In this document: positions 19,123 to 27,290 of the stretch, piece by piece
Layout: each line of letters starts with the position of its first letter
Position numbering within the stretch: the stretch's first letter is position 1
Assembly (NCBI GenBank): GCA_035351535.1
Contig: DAOPWJ010000028.1
Location: forward strand, 1-64,000
Reading direction: 5' to 3'
Source of the DNA: Polyangiaceae bacterium
GTDB lineage: Bacteria; Myxococcota_A; Polyangia; Polyangiales; Polyangiaceae
Length of the DNA: 64,000 bases
Notes under the pieces: model-generated
What the model was told of the DNA's origin: nothing
The model's input: only the letters and a program-made list of their open reading frames with translations
Databases searched by the model: none
Translations under genes and position numbers: made by a program

Positions 19123-20208
19123 TCAACCCGCCGCTTCCATCACCGCCCGCGCCACCCGCTGCTGCTCATCCTCGCCCAAGTACGGATGCATCGGCAGGCT
19201 CAGCACTCGTTGCGCCAGGGCGTCTCCCACCGGCAGACTGACCTTCGCATCCGCCACGGCCGGTTGTTGATTCAACGGCATGGGATAATGCACGGCAGTA
19301 GGAATTCCTTTTTCTTTCAAATAGTTACACACTTTCCGACGATCGGATACCTGCAGGGTGTACTGCGCCCAGGCGCTGGTATTGTGGGGCGCGACGACGG
19401 GAAGGGTTACGGGGCAAGACGCCAACCACGCAGCATAACGCCCGGCCACTTGTTGTCGTAGCGCCAATTCTTCTTCGAAAATCGATAGCTTGGGTAAAAG
19501 TACCGCGGCTTGAAGGGTATCCAAACGGCTGTTGATACCCACGCGCACGTGGTGATAACGGCTCTGTTGTCCGTGACGGGCGATCTGGCGCATGAGCTGG
19601 GCCAGCGTTTCGTCACTCGTGAAGATGGCGCCGCCATCGCCATAACAGCCGAGAGGCTTGCTCGGGAAAAAGCTCGTGCAAGCGATGGTGCTGAGGTTAC
19701 CGCTTTTTCGTCCCTTGTAGCTGGCACCAAAGCTCTGGGCTCCATCTTCGATCACCGGGATGCCATGCCGCGCGGCGATCGCGTTGATGGCGTCCATGTC
19801 CGCGCATTGGCCGTAGAGGCTGACAGCGATGATGGCTTTGGTCCGTGGGGTGATGGCCTCTTCGAGCCGAGCGGGGTCGAGGTTATAGGAGCAAGGGTCG
19901 ACGTCGACGAAGACGGGTTTGGCACCGAGCAGGGCCACGGTTTCGGCGGTGGCGATGAAAGTGAAAGCGGGAGTGATGACCTCGTCGCCGGGGCCGATAT
20001 CGAGGGCCATTTGAGCGATTTGCAGGGCATCGGTGCCGTTGGCGACGCTGATGCAAAAGCGGGCGCCGGTATAGACGGCAAGTTTTTCTTCCAGTTCGGC
20101 CACTTCCGGTCCGAGGATGAACTGACCGTGGTCCAACACCTTCTGGATGTTGGTGTCGATTTGCGCTTTTACCCGTTGGTATTGGGCTTTCAGATCCACG
20201 AATTGCAT
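19123..20208 (-). CDS. DegT/DnrJ/EryC1/StrS-family PLP-dependent sugar aminotransferase (UDP/dTDP-4-keto-sugar aminotransferase)
   Basis: N-terminus MQFVDLKAQY…GPEV..LE..LA…G...ANGTDAL and a conserved Lys region, typical of ArnB/PglE/WecE-type enzymes. Confidence 0.9.
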   Translation of the reverse strand: MQFVDLKAQYQRVKAQIDTNIQKVLDHGQFILGPEVAELEEKLAVYTGARFCISVANGTDALQIAQMALDIGPGDEVITPAFTFIATAETVALLGAKPVFVDVDPCSYNLDPARLEEAITPRTKAIIAVSLYGQCADMDAINAIAARHGIPVIEDGAQSFGASYKGRKSGNLSTIACTSFFPSKPLGCYGDGGAIFTSDETLAQLMRQIARHGQQSRYHHVRVGINSRLDTLQAAVLLPKLSIFEEELALRQQVAGRYAAWLASCPVTLPVVAPHNTSAWAQYTLQVSDRRKVCNYLKEKGIPTAVHYPMPLNQQPAVADAKVSLPVGDALAQRVLSLPMHPYLGEDEQQRVARAVMEAAG

Positions 20209-20214
20209 GGGTCC

Positions 20215-20814
20215 TCAGGCTGATAATTTGCGAACGACGCGGCCCCTGAGTTCATATTTCGCGCCCATATGGGGGCAGACGGCATGTTCGTGGCCTTCCA
20301 AAGGAAGGTCGAGTCGCTCGCCGTATTCACTCATCCAGCCGATTTGACGAGCTGGCACTCCTACCATGAGCGCATAGTCCGGCACGTCTTGGTTGACCAC
20401 CGCTCCAGCCCCGACGAAGGCGTAGGAACCGATGGTAATCCCGCAAAGAATGGTGCAATTCGCGCCGAGGGTGGCGCCCTTTTTGACCAACGTGGCGCGG
20501 TATTCATGCTTGCGCTCGATGAGCGAACGCGGATTGTAGACATTGGTGAACACCATGCTTGGGCCGCAAAAAACACCTTCTTCCAACGTAACGCCATCGT
20601 AAACGCTAACGTTATTTTGGATTTTGCATCGGTCACCGATGACGACCCGATTGCCGACAAAAACGTTTTGACCGAGGGAAACCCCCTGGCCGATGCGTGC
20701 CCCGGCGCAAACGTGGACGAAGTGCCAGACACGGCTGCCAGTGCCGATTTGCGCGCCGTCATCGACGATGGCGCTGGGATGAATCAGGGGAGGCGTCATT
20801 TCAAGGGGATTCAT
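20215..20814 (-). CDS. Hexapeptide-repeat (left-handed beta-helix) sugar N-acetyltransferase (PglD/WbpD/QdtC-like)
   Basis: Tandem [LIV]GxxxxI hexapeptides throughout. Lies 6 bp upstream of the aminotransferase. Start chosen at the internal Met (MNPLEM); the ORF could extend to 20946. Confidence 0.75.
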   Translation of the reverse strand: MNPLEMTPPLIHPSAIVDDGAQIGTGSRVWHFVHVCAGARIGQGVSLGQNVFVGNRVVIGDRCKIQNNVSVYDGVTLEEGVFCGPSMVFTNVYNPRSLIERKHEYRATLVKKGATLGANCTILCGITIGSYAFVGAGAVVNQDVPDYALMVGVPARQIGWMSEYGERLDLPLEGHEHAVCPHMGAKYELRGRVVRKLSA

Positions 20815-21189
20815 GTTTTTTGGATACCGCCGCAAATTAGACAAGAAAAACTGCGAGCGCTTGACCCTATCCTCGACTGCCTTGGCACGGGATTCGGCCT
20901 CGAGCACGGGCCTACGTCTGTAATCATTCGTCGAGTTGGTATGCAAGAAAGAACGACGGCTTGCGCGCGGGAGCCATGGTCACGGTTCGAAGACAACGCA
21001 ATGGGTGGCGGGAGCGAGTGTGCCGCTTCGCGTCGCCCCTCGGGATGCGATGGGTGTGCTGATCGAAGTGGATTGAGAAGGACTGGCGCGGCGGGCCCAA
21101 CGGCATCCCAGGGGGGATTGACGATGGGTAGAGCGTGCCCACTGCCAGGGCGCGCAGAACATAACTATTGGAAATATAAAGATATTTTA

Positions 21190-21585
21190 TCAATTCGGAG
21201 CGGCTTCGGCCCCTTGAGATTTCTTTTCTTCCTCCGCGATCTTGGCTCGCACTTCATCCATGTCCAGCTCTCGGATCTTGCCCATCAATTCGTCGAGCAC
21301 GGGGGCTGGCAGCATTCCGGGTTGGGAGAAGATGAGGACCTTTTCGCGAAACACCATGAGCGTGGGAATGGATCGGATGTTGAAGGCCGCGGCCAGGCCT
21401 TGCTGTTCTTCGGTGTTGATTTTGGCGAAGACCGCATCGGTGTTTTTCTCGGAAGCTTTTTCGAAAACCGGCCCGAACGCGCGACAGGGAGCACACCAGG
21501 GAGCCCAAAAGTCGATGAGGACGATATCGTTATTTTCAATGGTTTCGTTGAAGTTGTCTTCGGTCAAAGTGATGGTCGCCATCAT
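21190..21585 (-). CDS. trxA: Thioredoxin
   Basis: WAPWCAPC active site (WCGPC variant). Typical ~130 aa length once the spurious upstream extension is trimmed at MMATITL. Confidence 0.85.
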   Translation of the reverse strand: MMATITLTEDNFNETIENNDIVLIDFWAPWCAPCRAFGPVFEKASEKNTDAVFAKINTEEQQGLAAAFNIRSIPTLMVFREKVLIFSQPGMLPAPVLDELMGKIRELDMDEVRAKIAEEEKKSQGAEAAPN

Positions 21586-21730
21586 GCTACTCCCCGCGCC
21601 TCGCGCGTGTTTGAATCCGCTTGTTGGGATTGGAGCAAGCCGCCCCACAAAGGATTCGCAAGCCGAAAAAAGATGAGAACCGAGGGGTGAATCGCTTGCG
21701 AATCGTGCAGGGAGGTGCTGGGCTTCGTGC

Positions 21731-23527
21731 ATGTCGAACGGTTCCCTCCTTGCCAGCGCGGGAGTTGTCATGATGGCCTGGAGTCTGGGATGTGGCTGTC
21801 CTTGCCCCGAGCCCGCCACACCGCAAGCTCCTGCCGCTGCTGCTGCGCGCACACGACCCACCCTACCACCCGGCGCCTTACGGCAACAATGCGCGGACAC
21901 ACCTGCTGAATCCACGTCACCCACGATCGAAGTGTTCGCGGACTTGGGCGTGATTCGATTGTCCGCGGACACTTTTGTGGATCTACCGGTGCAGCAGCGC
22001 AAGCTGGCCTACGCGCTGGCGAAAGTGGCGCAAGCGGCAACACCCATCCAATACGAGCAAAGGCACCCGCAAGGAAAGCACATCCAAATCCTGGCCGAAG
22101 AACTTGCCTTGCACCTGAACGCCGTTCCTGCCGATCTTCGGCCATCGGTCAAGACATTCGTGGCGCTAGTATTTGCGCATAAAGGCCCGCGGGATGCGTG
22201 GAGTGACGAGCGTTTGTCGTTTTCCCTGACCCGGGCACAGCTCGAAACGGCGGTGCTGGCAGCGTGGAAAGCTGGTGCCAGCTTTCCGGGCGTGAGTTCC
22301 GAACCCGCCTTGCGAACGTGGCTGTCGAAGCTGACTCCCGCGCTGTTCAACGATCACCCGCAAGTGTCCCCGCGAAAAGCAGATTCGGCCGATGCCAAGC
22401 GTTTCGAGCCCATTCGCCAGGCGTTGCGCGAAGCCAGACCCTACGCAACGGCCGCACAGCAGCGCTTGCTCGACTTGCAGGACCGGGCGCTTGATTCGAC
22501 GAATCCACAAGAGCAGCGGGCTTTCCTCGATGCATGGGTGTCCGATGGGTCCTCGCTCGAACTAGCGTTGAGCCTTCGCCCTGGCGAACCGCGGGAAGCT
22601 TCGCTGACCCCCCAGTTATTTCTGGTCGATTCATCGGCTACGGCGGCGCTGCAGGAACCCGTTGCCACCTTCGCGGGAACGACTGCGTCATCGGCTCGAT
22701 GGGTGGTTGCCACGCCGCTATGGATGGGATTGGTATCACCGACGCCCTGGGCCACGAGGATGCCGGATCAAGATAAAACCAAGATATTTCAAGTACCTAC
22801 AGCGGCATCGGCGATCTCACACTACCTTCGCGGCGCGATGGAACGGGCTTACGTATTGGATGCAGAACAGAAACAGGATCTGCTGCGGTGCCTGGGACCT
22901 TCGCAAAAAATCATGCAAATGGCGCAAGCAGCAGTCGCGCCCGCTTCCTCCCCCACCTTGCATACGGTCGCTCGGGCCCATGCCACGGCAGCGGTGCTCG
23001 CATCGCCCCTTTCCTTTTCCGACCTATTTGCCGACCGCACCTGCGTGAACCTGCTTGGGGAGACGTACTTGCTGGCTAGCTTTTTCGAGCTTGGTCTCGA
23101 AGGAACGGAAGAAGCATCGGCGCGGCTCACCCCCAGCGCGCTCATCCTTTCTTATGCCAGCCAACAGGGGGCTATTCAAGAGAGCCTGCGCGAAGGTCGA
23201 ACGCAGCTACAACCTTCGGATCAAGAGAGCTGGGCCCGGACGATGGCCGCGCTTCGGGATGAAACCAAGCGAATCATCGAAAAGCGGGAGGAAGGGGGCG
23301 CGGAAAAACTGCTGACCCAAAGCCATGAGTCACCGATGGGGCGATGGACCCATCAGGCCCGGCAACAAGTGCAAGCGCTGGGAATCGCGCGTCGATTCGT
23401 CTGGCAGCCCCCCCTGCTCATCCCGCTGCGCCATGACGACGGGTCCTTACAGGACGTGACGCTAGATGAGGAGGCGTCGTGGATCGAGGCATGTTTGCAA
23501 GCCCAGGGGCGAGAAAGGGGCCCTTAG
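21731..23527 (+). CDS. Hypothetical lipoprotein, 598 aa, Ala/Leu-rich helical
   Basis: Lipobox AWSLGC near the N-terminus. Long GC3-biased ORF. No recognisable catalytic motif. Confidence 0.5.
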   Translation: MSNGSLLASAGVVMMAWSLGCGCPCPEPATPQAPAAAAARTRPTLPPGALRQQCADTPAESTSPTIEVFADLGVIRLSADTFVDLPVQQRKLAYALAKVAQAATPIQYEQRHPQGKHIQILAEELALHLNAVPADLRPSVKTFVALVFAHKGPRDAWSDERLSFSLTRAQLETAVLAAWKAGASFPGVSSEPALRTWLSKLTPALFNDHPQVSPRKADSADAKRFEPIRQALREARPYATAAQQRLLDLQDRALDSTNPQEQRAFLDAWVSDGSSLELALSLRPGEPREASLTPQLFLVDSSATAALQEPVATFAGTTASSARWVVATPLWMGLVSPTPWATRMPDQDKTKIFQVPTAASAISHYLRGAMERAYVLDAEQKQDLLRCLGPSQKIMQMAQAAVAPASSPTLHTVARAHATAAVLASPLSFSDLFADRTCVNLLGETYLLASFFELGLEGTEEASARLTPSALILSYASQQGAIQESLREGRTQLQPSDQESWARTMAALRDETKRIIEKREEGGAEKLLTQSHESPMGRWTHQARQQVQALGIARRFVWQPPLLIPLRHDDGSLQDVTLDEEASWIEACLQAQGRERGP

Positions 23528-23692
23528 CGGTGCCGACGGTCTTTCCATACACGTGCATCTAGTGGATATCATTAGTTATTTTTTTGATTTTCCATCCTCG
23601 CAGCAAGGGGAAAGAACGGTTGCGTGCCAGATGCGAACGATGGGGGGTGTCTTGTGCGAGGCTCGAACCACGATTAGCCTGCCGCCTGCGTA

Positions 23693-24334
23693 ATGACGGT
23701 GCCCCAAGTCGACCCAGGCCATTATCAAGACCGTTCCTATGATACGAGGGAGCGGTTTCTATCCTACTGGCATCAGGCTGATGAGGTGCGACAACGTCAA
23801 CCGAGCAATATGCTCGAGGTGGGGATAGGCAACGGTTTTTTGCATCGATATTTGCGGTCCCGGGGAATCGACGTGCATACGCTCGACATCGATGAACGTC
23901 TCGGTCCCGATACGGTAGGGTCGGTGCTGGATCTTCCCTTCGAGCAAGGGTCCTTTGACTTGGTGTGTTGCTTCGAAACGTTGGAGCATCTGCCGTGGGA
24001 AAGCTTCGAACCAGCGTTGCGCGAGCTTCGCCGCGTGGGACGTCGCTGGGTGCTGTTGAGCCTTCCTGACATCACGCCCTATATGCGAATCGACGTGATG
24101 TACAAAACGCCGCTACGGGAGAAAAAGGTGCGTCGCTTGATGGAGCTACGGGGCTCGCCGCCGGTTCATGCGTTCGATGGGGAGCATTATTGGGAGATCG
24201 GCAAGAAGGGCTGGCCGTTGCGCAAGATTCTGGGCGTCATCGATCAGGTGGGTCTCGAGGTAGAAGGCGATTATCGTGTCTTTGAGCTTCCCTACCACCA
24301 TTATTTTTCGACGCGCATAGCGTCGGGCAAGTGA
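23693..24334 (+). CDS. Class I SAM-dependent methyltransferase
   Basis: Motif I LEVGIGNGF and acidic motif II (LDID). Post-I motif DLVCCFETLEHLP, typical of the Methyltransf_11/23 families. Confidence 0.8.
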   Translation: MTVPQVDPGHYQDRSYDTRERFLSYWHQADEVRQRQPSNMLEVGIGNGFLHRYLRSRGIDVHTLDIDERLGPDTVGSVLDLPFEQGSFDLVCCFETLEHLPWESFEPALRELRRVGRRWVLLSLPDITPYMRIDVMYKTPLREKKVRRLMELRGSPPVHAFDGEHYWEIGKKGWPLRKILGVIDQVGLEVEGDYRVFELPYHHYFSTRIASGK

Positions 24335-24353
24335 CGATTCGGGCAAAGGTGGC

Positions 24354-25814
24354 ATGACCAAGGGTCCTGTGAAGCGCGCCTTGTTGACTGGTTCCTTCTG
24401 GGTATCGGTGAGCGAGGGCATGACATCGCTGACGGACTTGGCTCGCCAAGTGGTTGCGGCGCGGGTATTGCTTCCTGGCGATCTGGGATTGATGGGGATC
24501 GTGCTGCTTCAGCTATCCGTATTGGATGCGCTGACGAAAACGGGTTTCGATCAAGCGCTCATCCAGCGGGAGAAGGATGTGGGCAGCTTGATGAACGTGG
24601 CCTGGACCTGGCAGCTCATGCGCGGTTTCGTGTTGGCAGCCATTTTGGCGGCGGCGGCGCCTTGGCTCGCCCGGGGTTATGATTTGCCGATTTTGGCGCC
24701 TCTTATCTGGGTGACGTGTCTTCACGTGGTCTTGCAGGGGATGCAGAACGTTGGGCTCATCTATTTCAGTCGCAATCTCGACTTCAAGACCTTGTTTTTC
24801 ATCAACGCCGTGCGCTCGTTGGTGCAAGCCGGCGTGGCAATCCCCGTTATCTTGATTCGCCGTGACGTTTGGGCCCTGGTCATTGGGTTGGTTGCGGGAA
24901 CCCTGGCATCGGTAATCGTTTCGTTCGTGGCGCATCCGTTGCGACCAAAGTTCGAATGGAATCTCGACAAAGCGCGACAACTTCTGAAGTTCGGCAAATG
25001 GATTACCGGTTTGACGATCATGGTATTTCTGATCGTGCAGGGCGACGCTCTTTTCGTGAGCTGGTATTTGGGTCCAGTCGCTCTTGGACTGTACATGTTC
25101 GCCTATGACGTCGCCGGTCTGCCGACGACCAAGATATCCTATGTGATCAGCCGGGTTGCGTTTCCCGCGTATTCGAGGTTGCAGGATCGTCCGGATGAAA
25201 TGCGCACGGTATTCGAGGATGTGATGCGAGCGACGATGCTGGTGTCGGGGCCGGTGTCGGTCATCCTATTTGCGATCATTCCGGATATCGTGCATTACGT
25301 GGTGGGGGATAAGTGGATACCGGTGATTCCGCTGGTGCGGATTTTGGTGATTGCGGGATGGATCCGTTCGTTTGCCGCGCTTGCGGGGCCGCTGTTTCAG
25401 GGAGCCAACCGACCCGATCTCGATTTCAAAATGAACTTGCCCCGCTTTTTGATCGCAGTACTGCTCATCTGGCCGGCCTGCGCTTACGGGGGGCTCGAAG
25501 GGGTCTCCTATATCGTGCTGGCCGGCATCGCCACTTGCCTGCCTACCTGGTTTTATGGCGTCAAAAGGATCATCGGCGTCAGCCCATGGCGAGTCTTTCA
25601 CACCAATTTGCTCGGCTGGATTACGACCGTCGTACTCGGACTGACGTTCTTGGCAAGTCGCCATCTGCTGCACGGCAATCTACCGCGCGATGTCGCATCA
25701 TCGATGCTCGCCCTCGGTGCCTGGATTGGCATCATGACGCTGATCGGATGGCTGACACCGATGAGTCTATTTCAGGAGATCAAGCGTCTCCGCAGCGCCC
25801 TGCGCGCGAAATGA
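24354..25814 (+). CDS. Wzx-type oligosaccharide flippase / polysaccharide biosynthesis protein (MOP superfamily)
   Basis: 12-14 predicted transmembrane helices. N-terminal GxFWVS…LARVL…G motif typical of Wzx/RfbX. Confidence 0.85.
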   Translation: MTKGPVKRALLTGSFWVSVSEGMTSLTDLARQVVAARVLLPGDLGLMGIVLLQLSVLDALTKTGFDQALIQREKDVGSLMNVAWTWQLMRGFVLAAILAAAAPWLARGYDLPILAPLIWVTCLHVVLQGMQNVGLIYFSRNLDFKTLFFINAVRSLVQAGVAIPVILIRRDVWALVIGLVAGTLASVIVSFVAHPLRPKFEWNLDKARQLLKFGKWITGLTIMVFLIVQGDALFVSWYLGPVALGLYMFAYDVAGLPTTKISYVISRVAFPAYSRLQDRPDEMRTVFEDVMRATMLVSGPVSVILFAIIPDIVHYVVGDKWIPVIPLVRILVIAGWIRSFAALAGPLFQGANRPDLDFKMNLPRFLIAVLLIWPACAYGGLEGVSYIVLAGIATCLPTWFYGVKRIIGVSPWRVFHTNLLGWITTVVLGLTFLASRHLLHGNLPRDVASSMLALGAWIGIMTLIGWLTPMSLFQEIKRLRSALRAK

Positions 25815-25819
25815 ATTCC

Positions 25820-26689
25820 TCACGATTCGATCAAGGCGCGAGCCCACGAACGCATCGCCTTCGCCCACATACGCCGGTCCAGCCTGCGACCACGCCATAA
25901 CGCCTGCATCATCGACAGACCGCGTCGGCCTACCAACGCGCGATAGGTACTGCCCGTCCATACTTCGAATTGCTGTTCATTCCACGCACGAAAGGATTGC
26001 AAGGCAAAGACGGCACCCTCGAAGTTCTTCACCGCATCGCTTCCCACGCGACTCGTCGGATGCACCCAATAGTCCACCAACACCTCCGGCACGAATACAA
26101 GCGGCGCGACCGTCGCAATCCGAAGCCATAAGGCGTAATCCTGACCACCTTTGCGCAAGGCTTCGGAATCCGGAAAACCCCCTACCTTCTGCACGCACGA
26201 GCGATCGACGACCACCGTGGAGCAACCCACGAAGTTGTTTCGCGCCAACACGCGGAGCGATGGTTGCAACGTCGACGAAGGATGCAGCGAATCGTCCCCC
26301 GGCTGTCCATCGCCGTGGGCCATCCGAAATCGGGTAAAACAAAAGGCCGCAACGCCCTGGGCTCGCAGACGTTCGATCTGGACAGCCAGTTTGCGAGGAT
26401 GCCACCTATCGTCGGCATCGAGAAAGGCTAGGTAGGTTCCCGACGCCTCGGCAATCCCTCGGTTGCGCGCGGCGGAAACACCGCCGTTATTTTGGCGTAC
26501 GACCCTGGGATGCAACGCGTGCCGCTCAGCGATATCCCCGGAGTTTTCAGGGCATCCATCATCGACCACGATCGTCTCGATGGGTCCCTGATAAGTTTGC
26601 GCGGCCACGCTATCCAGACATCCCTCGATGAACTTCGCCTGGCGATAGGCAGGAATGACGACGCTCACGCTGGGAAGGGGAGAGGACAT
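25820..26689 (-). CDS. Family 2 glycosyltransferase
   Basis: VSVVIPAYRQ…VDDGCPENS…FLDADD (DxD). Confidence 0.85.
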   Translation of the reverse strand: MSSPLPSVSVVIPAYRQAKFIEGCLDSVAAQTYQGPIETIVVDDGCPENSGDIAERHALHPRVVRQNNGGVSAARNRGIAEASGTYLAFLDADDRWHPRKLAVQIERLRAQGVAAFCFTRFRMAHGDGQPGDDSLHPSSTLQPSLRVLARNNFVGCSTVVVDRSCVQKVGGFPDSEALRKGGQDYALWLRIATVAPLVFVPEVLVDYWVHPTSRVGSDAVKNFEGAVFALQSFRAWNEQQFEVWTGSTYRALVGRRGLSMMQALWRGRRLDRRMWAKAMRSWARALIES

Positions 26690-27096
26690 CGGTGGTCGGT
26701 AGGAATACCGAACGGATGGGGCAAGTCAAGCCATGCGCCCTGCGCGGGATGCTGCCTCGGCTGACGAAGTCAACGGCTACTGCACGGCGGAGGCGTTGGG
26801 ATCGTTAGGTTATAACTATGTATTTTTATTATTATTTTCTCTTCTTAGGAGGCTGGTGGATGGGCAGGGCGGCAGGCGCTTCGACTCATGCGGAGGCTTT
26901 GAGAGGATAGGAATTGGTTGATGGCTTGGAGTGCTGGTTTTGGGAGATTGAGGAAAGGAAACGGAAGGTGGGTGTATGGGGTGGCGAAGGGGGGCACGCC
27001 GTGGAAAGAGGGAGCAGGGGCGATGAACGAGCGAGACGAAAGTTGGGGCCACAAAAGACAAGTAGCTGATTTCATGAAAGAAACCAGCTACTCCTG

Positions 27097-27170
27097 TCGG
27101 GGCGAGAGGATTTGAACCTCCGACACCACGGTCCCGAACCGTGTGCGCTACCAGGCTGCGCTACGCCCCG
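27097..27170 (-). tRNA. tRNA-Pro (anticodon CGG)
   Basis: Cloverleaf derived by hand: acceptor CGGGGCG/CGCCCCG, D-arm GCGC-AGCCTGGTA-GCGC, anticodon arm CACGG-TTCGGGA-CCGTG, T-arm GGAGG-TTCAAAT-CCTCT. CCA is not encoded. Confidence 0.85.
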
Positions 27171-27290
27171 TTAAGGCGATTGCAACCAAATCAATGGTCC
27201 GAATCAGGGGGCGCAGCATGGTGGGTACAGCATCCATTGTCAAGCGCTCGTTGCCTTATCCGCCACTTTTCACGTTCGCGACAATGGGTT

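Noticed and set aside
21151-21220. Possible Rho-independent terminator hairpin (GGAGCGGCTTCGGCCCC) near the thioredoxin stop
   Set aside because: On careful indexing, the hairpin-like sequence lies inside the trxA coding region (the last codons), not downstream of the stop.
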